Shown piece by piece: positions 38,906-52,237 of a stretch of DNA of 64,000 nt. The DNA comes from Lama glama (Eukaryota). The notes beneath the pieces are model-generated. The model was not told the origin of the DNA. It made no database searches and saw only the letters and a list, made by a program, of their open reading frames with translations. The position numbers were made by a program, and so were the translations under genes. The number at the start of each line of letters is the position of its first letter. Position 1 is the first letter of the stretch. The stretch covers positions 44,642,001-44,706,000 of the forward strand of contig CM052818.1 of NCBI GenBank assembly GCA_028534125.1, written 5' to 3'.

Positions 38906-39434
38906 TAGATTAAGACATTGTCTTAGCCCTTACGGAGCCGAGGAATGGAAGAATTACTCCAAGTGAAGCAGCAACCACCCAGCTCAAACGTCCTGGGCCA
39001 CCTCTGCCTGGCCTGCGGGCACGCAGTGTGCAGCGCCCTTGTGAGGCGCGGCGTGCGGCCCAGTGGAAAGCAGCCAGCAGCCCTGGAGCCCACCCACCGG
39101 CTTCGTCTCTGTAAACCTCAGTTTCTTCATCAGCTACAGGGTGTCCACCCACAGAGCCTGGCAACAGCCCCCGCGCCCCACCCCCACGAGCCCCAGGGGT
39201 GCCCATCTGAGAATGAGGAAGAGCTGCCCGGTCTCAGACACACTTCACGGCATCTGCTGGAAAACCGTCACCATAAAGATACAAATCTATGATGATGATG
39301 ATGGTGCTGATGTGAATGTGCCGCCTAGAGTTGGGCAGCAGAAGCGTGGCCTGGCAACCCCCCCCACACCCCCAACCCCGCTGTGGGCTAGGCAGCTGGC
39401 TCCTCAGGACCCCCAGGAGCACAGCCCCGCTCAC

Positions 39435-39550
39435 CTGGGCAAGGACTCCCCGTGCGGGTCCATCCCACTGAAGATGAGGATGCAAGGCAGGCCCTCCAGC
39501 TCCAAGTACGTCTGAGGCCTCCACTCCGCATCCTCAATTTTCTGCCACAT
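39435..39550 (-). CDS. GREB1: GREB1 exon (exon 19 equivalent, 116 nt)
   Basis: ctgcag|ATG TGG: MWQKIEDAEWRPQTYLELEGLPCILIFSGMDPHGESLP; donor AG|GTGAGC. Confidence 0.94.
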
Positions 39551-40401
39551 CTGCAGATAATTAAAAAGAAATAAATCTGTAGGACGCCTGCCTTCCCAGC
39601 TAGCCCAGCTCAGGGGGCCCTGATGTTCTCCTCCTGACTTAAACCCCCGCAGTGCATCCTCTGATTTTTATCAAATTTATGCTGCGAATAAGCATATCAT
39701 CGCTTCACCGCGGGATTCCCAGCCACACAGGACAATGCCCGACACATATCAGCTGTTCTTTGAGAGAAAGTATACACTCCCGACTATCTAATATTCAGGC
39801 TGCGTTCCCTCCACTGTGGTGCTGGGCCTTCATGGTTTCTACTCAATTATTCTCTCAACACTCTTGCCCTCTTTGGCATCTTCCATCCCTTGTAGGTTTA
39901 GTGAGAAACAACCAGGGCCAGGTACTGTGCTAGTTTGGGGGCTGAGGTGTGTGGGGGTGGTCCCTGCCCTTCAGGAGGAGGAGCCAGATGACAGGCAGGG
40001 AAAACCAAACCTGCCCCAGGCTGGGGCTATGGGGCAAGTAGAGGGAAGGGAGGCTTCTTGAAAGAAAAGACACTGAGTTGAGTTCTGCAGGCTGATGGGC
40101 TTTGGTTAAACAAAGGACAAGAAGAAATGAACCCCCAGGAAGAAATAAAAGCGTGCCACAGCTCAGAAGTTTGAACCAGCAAGACAGTGCGTTTTGGGGG
40201 AGCAGTATCTATAAGTAATGGGGTCCAGCTGGACCGAAAGATGTAGGCAGGGATGTGGCCTGAGAGGCGGCTGGAGGGGTGGCTGGGTGGGCAGAGGCCA
40301 CGTTAATGAGTCTGTCATCACCCCATCCTCCTCCCCTCCCCTTGGTTGCCATGCTCCACCCCCCAGGACTCCCAGGACCCTGTCACCCCTCCCGTCCCCA
40401 C

Positions 40402-40741
40402 CTTGAGCTGCTTCAAGAAGTGCTTTCCGACAGTGATGCCAGAGCTGGGGTTGCCCAGGATGATCTCAAAGTGCTCCTCCAGGGCCAGCCGCGCCCGCAC
40501 GTGGGCCAGCCGCTCGTAGGCCACGGCGGCCAGCGGCGAGCAGGGCACCCGCAGCAGGACCATGAGCCCGTGGCCGCAGGGGCACTGCTTCGGGGAGTTG
40601 ATGAGGTTCTGCGTGATCTCCAGTGTCTCCACTGACGTGTAGTTCTTCATCTGTGAGAGGCCGCACACGGCCATCATAGCGGCCGCGTAGTGCTGCACGA
40701 GAACAAAGGTCCTGATCACCGCGCTGTGCAGGCGGGGGAAC
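40402..40741 (-). CDS. GREB1: GREB1 exon (exon 18 equivalent, 340 nt)
   Basis: ttgcag|G TTC: FPRLHSAVIRTFVLVQHYAAA...QCPCGHGLMVLL...GKHFLKQLK; donor AAG|GTGGGG. Confidence 0.95.
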
Positions 40742-41090
40742 CTGCAACGAACAGAGAGACCATGCCGTGACCCGGGGCTGCGACCCCCACAGACACCCGG
40801 GGCGCTCCGCGGAGAGGGAGGCCTTCCCGGGGCAAACGAGTAACCAAGACATCTGCCATCTCGCGCACAGGCGACTCTCAGATTACAAACAACGGTGCTG
40901 CCTTTTGAAGCTGGTTGTTTGGAGCCTGAAATAGAAGGTTTCCTTAGAAGTCAAGCCACAATCTGCTTTGTCATTTCCAGCTAGAAAACAGAAGCAAAGG
41001 GTTGTTGTTGTTGCCATGTTTTCCAGGACCTGCCACACAGTAGCTGCTCACTAAAGATCTGTTCAATGGCTAGATGAATGAGAAAAATAA

Positions 41091-41230
41091 GGGGAGGGTA
41101 TAGGTCAGTGGGAGAGTGCATACCTAGCATGCACTAGGCCCTGGGTTCAATCCCCAGTACCTCCATTAAAAAAAGATAAATAAATTTAAAAAACCCTAAT
41201 TACCACCCCCCAAAAAAAGAAAAAATAATA
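41091..41230 (+). mobile_element. Camelid Vic-1-like SINE with CCTAATTACC tail
   Basis: GGGGAGGGTATAGGTCAGTGGGAGAGTGCATACCTAGCATGCAC...GGGTTCAATCCCCAGTACCTCC; possible AGAAAAATAA-like target-site duplication. Confidence 0.85.
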
Positions 41231-41651
41231 AATGCCTATCATCAGCTTAATTTATGGTTCCTCGGGTTAGGTAATTTGCCCCAGGTTCCCAGTAGAAATA
41301 GGAGAGCCACCAGTAATCAGTATGTAAGTGCAGCTACCACACACCCCAGATTTGCGGGGACTATCCTAAAGGCATATCATTCATTTCAAGTATTATGAGT
41401 TGTTAGAAATGTAACTAAATGTGATTCTAATTTGACAGATGAATTACAAATCCAAATGCATCCAGGAAGACCAAGAATCTTAGTTTTCAGAAACGGTGGT
41501 TACCATATGTCTCCACACAACTCCTAGGACCTTGCATCATTCCCTACACCTCAGCATTCCAGAGTTTGATATTTTCTTCCCACTCGGTGAAATGTAAATT
41601 TCAATCTCTGTGCAATACTTACAGTTTAAAAGAGGGGAGAGAGGAGAGGGA

Positions 41652-41831
41652 GGATGGTGGTGATGGTGACGGTGATGGTGACTCTGATGGTGGATTGGTG
41701 ACAGTGATGGTGATGGAGGTGATGGTGATGGTGATGACGGTGGTGATGATAGTGATGGAGATGATGTTGATGGTGGTGATGATGAGATGGTGGTGATGAT
41801 GGTGATGGAGATGATGGTGATGATGGTGATG
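41652..41831. repeat. Imperfect (GAT/GGT)n triplet low-complexity tract
   Basis: Seen directly. Confidence 0.9.
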
Positions 41832-43741
41832 GCAGTAGCTAACATGAGTATGTAATGTGAGAGAGCAGAGCCAGGTACTGCACTTAATGTTTCAGATGTG
41901 TTGATTGATTTAATTCTCCCAATATCCCTAGGAGGTAGGTATTGTCCCCACAGAGGACTGAGAAACTTTCCTAAAGTCTCATAGCCGATAACTGACAGAT
42001 CCAGGACTCAAACACGGGCGTGATCTTGGAGCCTGAGCACTCAGTGCACAGCGGTTCCTGAACCAGCACGTGCTCGTTATTTCATGAAACTCTCATAAGA
42101 AGCCACTAGGAAAGTGGGTTTGCTCTACAGATGAAGGTACAGAAGTTCAGACAGCCTCAACGATTTGCCTAAAGGTAAAACTAAGAAAGCGGAGCGCCAG
42201 GATGTAGGGTACCGTGGTCGGTCTGGCCCCCGTGCCAGCTGTGAGGCCTGGCTCCGTACGGCTGAGTGGGTCTACTGTTTTGGAGTCAAGTGACCAGGAT
42301 TTGGTCTGGCTTCAATGTAAACCCCCAACATGACTTTGGGCAAGTGACCTAACCCAAGTCTCTCTTTCTCTGCCAAATGGGGATAACAGTGTCTCCTATC
42401 TCACTGAGCTGTTATGAGGATTTCAGGCAATAACTGTAGAGTCCAGGCCCAACGCCTGCAGCTCACAAAGCACTCAACACACGTCTGCTGCCGGGGAGAA
42501 GCGAGGGAGCCGGGCAGGGAAGCAGAGGCAGGGCCAAGGCCAGTTCTCACAGCCTCACTGTAAAACCATAGAGGGTGTCTCCCCTCAGTGAGCTCTAACG
42601 GCTCAGCTGCCGTGCACGAGGTGGAGAAGTACCCTGATTAACTCCATCAGCACCACAGAGCAAAAGGGATTTAGTTTCTCAAATGGTGCCGTGGGGAACA
42701 CTGAGCCAGGTGCTGCATGCTGTAGCTGTCTCCTGGAGATTTACAGCACAGGTGGCATACTGAAGGCCCTGAGAACCCTCATGGGAAAAGAACTTTGTTA
42801 AATGTAAGGTTTCTCAAACACAGATGACCATGGAACCCCTGTTGGCCTAACAGCTAATAGTATGTAGCAGTGCACACTGGAACACAGTTTGGGAAGCTCA
42901 TGTCTACTTTGATCCCTTTTCCAGCCAGTGAGGAAAATGAGGTGCCACGTGGGGAGAGCCTGTTCAATACCGCCAATGAGCAGCAGAGCCACCCATTTAG
43001 TTTTGTATCAGACAGGCTACCAAACTTGGCCTGGCTCTACAACGTATATAAACTACATACATGTCAGTGCTTAACCTCCCAGAGCCTCAGTTTCCCCATC
43101 TGTAAAATGACATCATTGTTAACTACCTCCCGGCTCTGCTGTGACAAGGTTAAAAAGGCAAGCTGTAGAGTCGCACAGACTCTGGGTTCACACTCAGGTC
43201 TGCCACCTGCTAGACGTGTGGCCTGAGAGAAAACCATGGCGTCTCTCTGAGTCTCAGTTTATTTGCATAATGGGAATAATAATAATAGTAAGTGGCTCGC
43301 AGAGGCCGTGAGGACTAAATACAACAACGAAAGTAAGATTCTTGGAACGGGGACAGGCGCAAAATAAGCACTCGACAGATTATTCCAAAGGACACGAACA
43401 CGAAGCTGACTGTGATGGCCACCATCTCTTCCTTTATGCCTTTTGATATCTTGCCTCCCATTTTCTTGCCCTCCCTTGAGTCTCAGACATGCAATCCCAC
43501 ATTCCAGCATATTTCTGCCCATTCTTATCTCTAAAATTTTCTGTTGTTCTGCAATAGCACAACAGAGATGTCACCGTCACAAAATGCAGGTTGAGAAAGA
43601 AACCAGGGTCCCTTTAAGGGGGGAACTGAGTCACCCAAGAAGGGAGGAAGATGGACCCCTTCCCAGAACTCCCTGGCTACACATCCCTCACCTTGTACTT
43701 GACTACTGAGCATTGTCAGTAATTTCAAGAGAGAGGTGTAC

Positions 43742-43878
43742 CTTTTCCCCAAGGCGGTGACCATGGCCTCAAAGGAGCTGTCGTATCTGAGCAACGGGAG
43801 GCTATGTCCTGAGAGGGTGGACTCGATGAACTCGGACAGCCCGAAGTACCTCTTATTCTCATGATACAGCTCCACTCC
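43742..43878 (-). CDS. GREB1: GREB1 exon (exon 17 equivalent, 137 nt)
   Basis: ttttag|GGA GTG: GVELYHENKRYFGLSEFIESTLSGHSLPLLRYDSSFEAMVTALGK; donor AG|GTACAC. Confidence 0.94.
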
Positions 43879-45306
43879 CTAAAACAGAGAAGCGCGTGGG
43901 TCATGGACACATTGTATTTGCGGGGACTGGGAGGGTCACATGCTGGGTGCACAGGAGAACTGGAAGGGCATCTTGATCTAAACTGGGCTGACTCTGCAGT
44001 CCCTCCAATGACATTTTATAAATGTCTTTTCCTCTGCAGACCCAGAGCACAGAGCACTCCTTGCGTAAAGGCCGGTGCCCCCCCATTATTAGTCGAGAGT
44101 TTTCGGTTCATTTGACCCCAGTACCTTTGTCAAAAAGAAAATCAGTTTTGTCTTTTTTTTTTTTAAACACACAACTTCCTTTGTTAAAATTGCTTCTTTC
44201 CAACAATTTTAGCTGGTTTTAGGAATAGGCAAATCAACTCTCTTGCATTCAGCTGCTGTTAAATCAGCAGAAAAAAATGCCTTTATCTAACCAGTTTTAC
44301 TCACACTGACAAAATTCACCCCCAAACCCACATCAGAGATTATCAAACTTCAGAGCAAAGTTGGGGGAGGCTGTTAGAATTACAAAGGCACGAACTTCAC
44401 CCTCCAGCAGCACAGTGGTTAAGTGTGAGGGCTATGGAATTGGCTGGACTGATTCACATCCCGGGCTCCAGAACATTCTAGCTGCATGGCTTTAGGCAAG
44501 TGACTTAACCATTCCCCTCTGCCTCACTGTCCCCATTTGTAAGTCAGAAGTCACCCTGGCACCTGCGTCTTACATGAGCTCTCGTGATAAAGCACTTAGA
44601 ACAGTGCCTGCCTGGCTCATGTAAGCACCATATACAAACTGCTGTTCCCACCTCTGACTCTGGATTGAAGCCACGTATCAACACCTTCAGATGTTCCTCA
44701 GACGCCTCTCAGACACTCCAAAGAAGTCCAGAACTTGCTGTTCTTTATTGTTTGTGTAATTAGCTAGAGTCCAACCACCCAGATTTCCCAAATTACCAGA
44801 ATTACTGGTGTCTTCTATTTTGATGAGAAAATGGCAGGTGCAAAGCTGAAATAAAAGTCGCCAGGTTTTGTGGATGTGGGTTCAGTTAGAGGAAGGAGAT
44901 TTTGAACCTTGCTGCTTAAGGATGCACAGGTAGGAAAAACAGGAACATTTCTAGGGCTTCTAGACAAACTTAGCATCACCCTTCCTGGAGCCCGAATTCC
45001 CACAGCCCTAGAAGGCTCTACGCCCAACACCGAGAGAGCAGGTGTTTAGAACGCTGTTCGGGGAGCTTCCGTCACCAGAGAAACAAACCAACCATATTGC
45101 ATTTCACATTCGAAGACAATCAATGCACTGCAGGAAGGTTTCTAGAGACCAAGAAGGGTTTAAATCTAACCGTGGGGAGAATCAAAGATCCAAGGAGCTG
45201 GAACCCACTGACCCCCAACCAGGCTAGTCAGTCCAAGCTTTACTGAACAGAATCTTCCCGGCGCCAGGTCGCTGCTCACCGGGCCCGGCAGCCCAGGGGC
45301 ACTCAC

Positions 45307-45502
45307 GTTACTGTAGGAGGCTGGCCAGTGGATCTCGTTGTAAGGGCTGATGAGGGTGTGCTGCGTCTGCAGCGCATAAGGGAAGGAAGTCACGTGGAGG
45401 GTGACGATGTTGGGGGCCTCCTTCACCTCCCTGCAGTTGAGCAATCTGTCCACCAGCCCCACGGACGGGTCACTTTGGGAATAGAGATTATGAACGGTGC
45501 TA
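45307..45502 (-). CDS. GREB1: GREB1 exon (exon 16 equivalent, 196 nt)
   Basis: cctcag|T AGC ACC: STVHNLYSQSDPSVGLVDRLLNCREVKEAP...IHWPASYSN; donor C|GTGAGT. Confidence 0.94.
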
Positions 45503-46876
45503 CTGAGGGGAGGAAAAGGGGGAGAAGAAACGGTAAGTGGAATAACGAGACCTGCTCTGGAATTTTATGAGGATCAAGCAGTTGGATAAACAGACAACAA
45601 GCCCCCCAGATTGCCAGCAACTGAACGGCTCTCCCCGTGACTAGGAAAATAAAATTTTAAAAAATGACTGGGCTTCAGGGACTGATCAGGGACTCCCCCA
45701 GTACTCATGACTTATTAAAAGCTTGACTGGGGGAACAGTATCCATAGCGATTGACTGCAAGGTACACAGTCCATCCAGTCCGCAGACAGGGATGCTCGCC
45801 CTGGAGCTGGCAGTGAGTCGCCTTTTCTCCCCTGGCCCAATCTGACTGTGCACCTGCCTCCTTAAATTTTAAGTCCTACTGACCTTGAAATGATCCAGGG
45901 AGGACATAAAATGATAAATTCTATACTAAATTTAAAAGTATAGGACCAGGAATGGGAAGCATTTTGGACAAGGGGCCTAGGAGACAAGCGCATCTCAGCC
46001 TTTCTCTGTGGGACAATGGCCTCAGCGTTCTCTTCTGTACATCTAGGGGAATAGAAAAAAAATCAGTACTTCACCATTTGGGTGGCAGGAAGGCACTCTG
46101 AGAAACCTACCCCCAAATGAATCTGCACCATATAGCTCTCTACATAATTCAGAATGCTCAAACTCCCCCACGCCCGTACATGGACACTTGACTGTAAACC
46201 CTTTACCTAGGTGAAGCTTAACGGCCCTGGCCAGCCCTCAGCTTCTGACCCTGAGCTAAATCAAAGCCTTCCTCTAAGATCCGACCCATGACCTTCCTTC
46301 CATCCTCATCCATGCCAGCAGCGGTGTCTAAACACACAACCCCAGGCCGGGCTCATGGAGATGACCCATCCTGGGAAACCACCAGGAATCCTGCCAGACT
46401 CCAAGCTTGACACCTTCTGAAATTCATCTAGATTTACATTCATTTGAATTGAGTAAGTAAAATCACCCCGGGGAAGGGCACAAGCTGTGACCCATGGTGT
46501 CCCGAGCCAGTGAGGCTCCACCAGGAAGGGGTCTGGGCCGAGCAAGTCCCGTCAGGAGCCCTTCCTGGCGCCAGTGTGGCACCCGCTGCTCTGCCGCTAA
46601 CCCCCTCCCACCTCCACGCCAGCCCCGTGATGCTGAGCGAGATGCTCCCCTTCCATAGTTTCCATGACGGCACCTTTCAGAGGCTGCACTAGATGATGCC
46701 TTAGGTAACTTCCAGCCTCAAGGTCTAAAATACCTCCACAGCATCCGCCCGCAGGTGCCAAGCCCCCAACGTCATTCATCTCTTTAAGTCTTGTGCCCAC
46801 AGTCCCAAGGACTATCCATACAGATTAACCCAAAGAAGGGAGAGCTCAGTCCTGCCACGTGCGAAGTCAGTCTAAC

Positions 46877-47057
46877 CTCACAAGATCCCAGTGGGCGTGG
46901 TCGTGGATGAGGACAAAGAGCGTGTGCGGGTTCTGAAAGGAGTTTTGCAGAAAGGCCTTAAATTTTGTCTGCGCCTCGGCATCGAGCTTCAGAACGTACT
47001 GCTCTGCCCTCTGCTTGGTCATGTGCTCCTCTTCCAAGCCCAGCTCCAGTAAAACCC
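46877..47057 (-). CDS. GREB1: GREB1 exon (exon 15 equivalent, 181 nt)
   Basis: ttgcag|GG GTT: GVLLELGLEEEHMTKQRAEQYVLKLD...TLFVLIHDHAHWDLV; donor AG|GTTAGA. Confidence 0.94.
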
Positions 47058-47714
47058 CTGCAACACAGTGAAAATCCATCACCCACCAGCAGACACAACG
47101 AGAACCTTCCAAGTGGCAGGTGTGGTGCTGGGCCCCGAGGCTACGGGGATGCAGGAGACGCAGGTGAGTCAGGGAGGCTGACCCCCATGCCAATGACTGT
47201 CGTGCAGGAGAGGGGCCCGGAGGCGGGCCTGCTCCACAGTGTGGGGTGCACACAGCAGCCCATGTGGGCACCACAAGGCTGGCTTCAGGAAGCAGCTGAT
47301 CCCAGGCACGTGTGACTGAAGCAAAGGGAAAGTTCTCCCTCCCCATCACCCTCAGCAAAATCACCTCCGGCCCGAATGCCGGACCGTAGGTTAGAGGGTT
47401 CCAAAGTGAATCCTCTGAGTGAAGACACTGACTTTCTGTGTGGTTGGTGTTTAATCCCTTTAAAGACACAGGGAAAATACGTTAAGTTAAAGCCAGATTA
47501 TCGGGACATAGTTCACTGACTTGAGTGGGACAGAGGGAAAATTCAAGTCAACAGTTAATAAAATCATGGACAATTCACTTCCCCTGAGCATCCGCTTTGT
47601 GAGCTATGAAATGGGGGTGTTACTACTTGCCTCATCTACTTTAGAAGCAAAGATGGTATTAAAATCCAAATCTGAAAGTAAACAGACACCACATTCATCC
47701 CAAAAGGTGCATAC

Positions 47715-47912
47715 CTGAATGCCAGACATGGAGCAGGGTCTGCTGGTAGGTCACTTCGGAGGGTGGAACACAAATCAGAAAGTCCACCTTCTCGAAAGAC
47801 CCCAAGTCCAGGTTCTGGGTGCTGGAATCCGCAATTGAACACACGTGGGAGAGGAGCTTCTGGGCCACGGCCAGCTGGAAGGGCCGGATGTGGTGAGGCT
47901 CCAGATGGTAAC
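47715..47912 (-). CDS. GREB1: GREB1 exon (exon 14 equivalent, 198 nt)
   Basis: ttccag|GT TAC: SYHLEPHHIRPFQLAVAQKLLSHVCSIADSS...QTLLHVWHS; donor G|GTATGC. Confidence 0.94.
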
Positions 47913-48552
47913 CTGGAACCAGAGTCCCCGTAAAGGTGAGACGCACCTGCACGCAGATGGCTACAGCCCTGGACCTCTGCTAGGGAATCAGACGGTGGGC
48001 CCCCGTCTAGTGCACCAGGTGAAGAGGAATGGGGAAAACACCAATATTTATTGAGGACCTGCTCTGGGCTACACACCATGATGGTCATTTCACACCCCTT
48101 TCCTAATTTAAAAATAAAGATAAACAGCGCTCGGGGAGCAGAGAGGCAGTGACCTGTTCTACCTGGAGGGGTAAGTTTGGCTTCCCAGGGGAGCTGATGT
48201 CGAGACTGGACTTTGGAAGAGGCTGCAGCTTCTCTGGAAGAGGAGGAGACCATAACAGCTCTTCAGGAACTTAGAGTGATTAAAATATTTTAACAACGCA
48301 CATATAAACTGGAAATCAACCCAGAGAAATGCGCCATCTCAGGAAAAGTGTACAGACGTACATTTCAGGGTAAAATGAGACTGCTGTCCTTAAAGACGAA
48401 AATTAAAATTGGATGTTAGGTCTACTTTGATGCTGAGGTGACGCCTTGCCCGCTGGATGTACCTCTAACTTTGCTCCCTTGCAGCTCCTGGACCCCCTGG
48501 GGGCTGCCTCACCAGCTCAGACCTCGGCCGCCAGCTCCCTGGCATCACTCAC

Positions 48553-48681
48553 TTGTGCACACTGGTGTCCCGGCAACTTCCAGGGATGCTGATTTGGTGA
48601 CAGAGGTGGCAGTAAGTGAGGAAGAAATGTGGCCTTGATTTTCCTGATGAAATTTGTCCAGCAAAATGTCAATGTCGCCCT
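48553..48681 (-). CDS. GREB1: GREB1 exon (exon 13 equivalent, 129 nt)
   Basis: gggcag|AG GGC: EGDIDILLDKFHQENQGHISSSLTATSVTKSASLEVAGTPVCT; donor A|GTGAGT. Confidence 0.94.
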
Positions 48682-49388
48682 CTGCCCAAAACAGAGAGAA
48701 TAACAGATGTGGGTTTTGCATCACCTCCCATGTATCAGGCACCACCCAGGGCCTGGGGGACCAGAGACAGGATGGCCCATCCTGTCGAGGAGTCCACAGC
48801 TCAGGACGGCAGATGTGCTAAAGAAAATTACATTATGATGCAGTCGGTGTGAGGACAGAAGAAAGAGCAAGAGCCCATAGGCCAGGAGGTGGGGGTCTGA
48901 GCCCATTCTGGAGAAGGAGGGGCCAGAGAAGGTTTCGGGGAGGAAATGGGGTGAGTCCTGAAGGGTGAGTAGCCAGGAGGAGAAGGGAGACAGGCACTCA
49001 AGGCATATAATGCACAGAATGAGGCACGGAGAACACACTTTGCCAATGAGAAGCTTCAAGCAATGCACATGGGAGGTAGGAGTGGTGGTGGACGGCGCCA
49101 GAGAGGTAGAGAACCAGGCACCGGCCCTCATGCGCCCCCAAAGGACCGAAACCACACAGCTCCCACTTAGAGAAGCCACAGCCAGAGCAGGAAGCTGGTC
49201 AGCCAGAGACCCGCCAGCAATGCTAACCCAGAGAACGGAAGGGCAGCCTTCACGGGCTGCACGCGACAATCAAGGCCAGGCTCAGCGGCTCACAGGGGTC
49301 GGCCTCCAAGATGTCCTCCCTCTTTGTGTCTTTGTTTACTTCTGTCTTGTCAATTTCTGAATTTGCACCTATCTCACTACAAGCCTAC

Positions 49389-49517
49389 CTGGACAGAGGG
49401 TGCTGAAAAAGGCTCCCAGCGAGTCCACTTTGCCCGTAACCAGCTCGTAATTGACTTCTTTCTGGTATTCGGCTGGGGTGAGAAGGCTCTCAGAGAGAAT
49501 CCGGGCTTGGTATTTTC
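49389..49517 (-). CDS. GREB1: GREB1 exon (exon 12 equivalent, 129 nt)
   Basis: ttttccag|GA AAA TAC: GKYQARILSESLLTPAEYQKEVNYELVTGKVDSLGAFFSTLCP; donor G|GTAGGC. Confidence 0.94.
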
Positions 49518-50879
49518 CTGGAAAACAAACAACAACTTTTACTGGGCCCCTCGCTTAGAATTAGCACATGAGCTCCTCTATGGCAGGATCTGTGTCGGCA
49601 TCTCTTTCTCTCTCCACCCCCAAGCCCAGCACCAGGCTTGGCTGAGGGCAGGGGTTCATGCTGGTGACATGAATAATGGCACACACCACCCTGGCCCAGT
49701 TTAACAGTTGGGATAATAAGACGGACCAGCCCGTACTGGCGTTGGAACCTGACTCTCTCCCCACTTAACCAGCTGTGTAACCTAGGACAGCCCAGCTTCC
49801 TTATCCAGAACATGTAGCCAACGGTACTGTCTACTTCACAGCACTGTTGTGATGATAAAACAGGACAGTGTTTATAAAACGTTCAGCCCAATGCCCGACA
49901 CAGCAGGGGCTCCAGGTTTACTATCGAACATACTACTCAAATTAATGTAAAGAATTTATGAAAAATGCAGAAGGCATTTAGGATAAAAGAAGGCTGGACA
50001 ATAACTGGGACCCTGCAGAGGAACAACGTGAGTTTTTAAAATAAAATTTAAAAGATACAAATATCTCAGATTTAAAATGTGTAATAGCTGTGGTATTTTT
50101 TTTAAAATAAGAGGCCAAAGAAGTGAGTGTACTGATCAGCCAAAAATCACCTGAAATTTACAAGCTGACCCATGAAGATCCACGAGTATTATGCAAACGT
50201 GTTAAGAAAGACATTTCAAAATCTTCACTAAGAGACTTATCTAAGTTGAGAAATCTGTTTGTATCCATGACTCTTTAATTAAGAAAGTGCCAGACTTAAG
50301 AATTTTCTTGTGTTCTTTTTCTCTAACAAGATGAAGTTGGAATTAGGCCTTTGCACTGCTCTGTGAGAATGAATTCATGGGTCATTATGCAGGGTAACGT
50401 GCTCACGGAGGACGATCCAGCACATAAAAGGTGCTCGGTACATCTCATCTCTTCCAAGGAGCTGTCCTCTTCTCCATGTCACCCACCTGCCACCCCGGGC
50501 ATGGCCTGGACGGCCTGGTCATTGATAACCATGCTGCTTTTATAACCTCCACTTCCAGCCCCCAACTCTCCAACCATCTCTGACACCTGCCTGCTTCTAG
50601 GAATTCCCCCCAGTCTTCTCAAGTCCATGGAGGCTCCTGGACATTTCCCTGCCTTCACTCCCTTCCTATCCTCCTGCCCCTTCTTGGACTGGGATTCCCA
50701 GTTCATCAATAATCACTCCTTGGGCATCCGTCCCAACAGCCTTGCCCCAACTCTCACTGGCCAAACCCCCCTTCTGTTCCGCGCCCGTCCCCAAGCTGCC
50801 AGACATGGCTGGAGAAACCCCACTGTGCTGACTCATCCTCCGCACATTCAGAACCACCACGTGCCTATCTGGGGCCACC

Positions 50880-52200
50880 ATGCCCACCTGTGCGCTGTAG
50901 CCCATCCCCTCCCTGCCTCATGGACTCTGCCTTCTAACCACTGCCTCCTCTCGCCTGCACCATCCACTTCTCCCCTCAGTGTACATTCCCAGTGTCCAAC
51001 ATACTCTTGCATTTCCCACTGTAAACCAACAAAACCCTGATCCCATTCCCTCTCCAGTTATTGTCTCATTTCTCTATTCTTCTTAAGGCAAAACTTCTCA
51101 AAATAATTGTCTGTATCTGTTACTTCACCCACTCTCTCTAGAGCCCAACTCAGTGGTGCCTTTGTCCTTCATCAACCACCACCCCACAGAGACTGCGCTG
51201 CCAGCGTCATCAAGGACCATCCCGTTGACAGATCTCAGGAACCGACTCTCAGTCCTCAACTTAACTTGACCGAAGAAGAAGCATCTGATCTATTCATCAC
51301 CTCTTCCTTCTCGACACATCCTTCCTTCTCGACACATCCTTCCTTCTCGATACATCCTTCCTTCTTGACACATCCTTCCCTTGACTTCCTAAACACCATT
51401 CTCTTCCTTTCACAGGACTAGTCCTCTGACCTCTTCTTTCACTCTCCACTTACTGGATGGTCAGAGCGTCCATCTCTTGGCTTTCAAGTCCCATAAATGC
51501 TGACTATGCCCTTAATCTTTAGACCCAACCTTCCCCGAACTGCAGGTTTTATATCCAATTGCCTACTTACCATGGCCACTGGCTGGCTGAAGCCTAGCTG
51601 GCCAGAGAGAACACTTGGTTCCACTGCCACCTTCACTGCCACGTCTTCCCACCACATACAAACAATGGAAAAGTTTTTTTAAAAACAAAACACACATTTT
51701 TCCTGCAGTTCTTCCCATCTCAATAGATGGCAGTTGTGTTATTCCAGCCATACAGGCCAGAACCATCAGCATGGTCCTTGAGCCCTCGCTTCTCCCACAT
51801 TCCATGCAGGACCCATGAGCAAACCCTGGTGGCACCAACGTCAAAACACACCCAGAATCAGGCCACATCTCCCCACCTCTACCAGCTCATCCAAGACAGT
51901 GCCTCATGGTCTTGAAGACCCCTGAAGCTGCTCCCAGTGTCAGCATAATTGGCTTCCTCATTTCTCTCAGGTCCCTGCTCTAATGTCACCTTGTGAGGGA
52001 GATCCTCCTGACCCCCTGAGGAGGCAGCCCCATTAACTGCAATCCTCCATCCCTTCACCCTCCCACCAGGGACATTCTGCACTGTCTGCATCTCTACCAG
52101 AACCCACACTCCACGAAAGCAGGGACTTCCCTCCTGTATCCCTAGCCCCCAGAACCGTGGCTGCACATAGTAGGGCTTCAATAAGTGTTTGTATAATTAA
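50880..52200. mobile_element. Degenerate L2-like region (boundaries approximate)
   Basis: Pyrimidine-rich L2-like phrases (TATATCCAATTGCCTACT, CTTCCCATCTCAATAGATGGCA, CATAGTAGGGCTTCAATAAGTGTTTG). Confidence 0.55.
51303..51380. repeat. 18-bp tandem repeat CTTCCTTCTCGACACATC x4 plus partial copy
   Basis: Units at 51303, 51321, 51339, 51357. Confidence 0.92.
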
Positions 52201-52237
52201 TTAGTTAACTGGCTCATGAACCCACACAACATCGTAA

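Noticed and set aside
41091..41165. tRNA-like sequences with A and B boxes (also 4205-4280, 52330-52405, 58617-58690)
   Set aside because: A-rich tails and mutual divergence mark them as SINEs, not tRNA genes.
41537..41845. Thr/Ile/Ser/His-rich and Met/Val-rich ORFs
   Set aside because: Products of the (GAT/GGT)n low-complexity tract.
51303..51380. Short direct repeats as a CRISPR-like array
   Set aside because: No spacers, head-to-tail units, mammalian intron.
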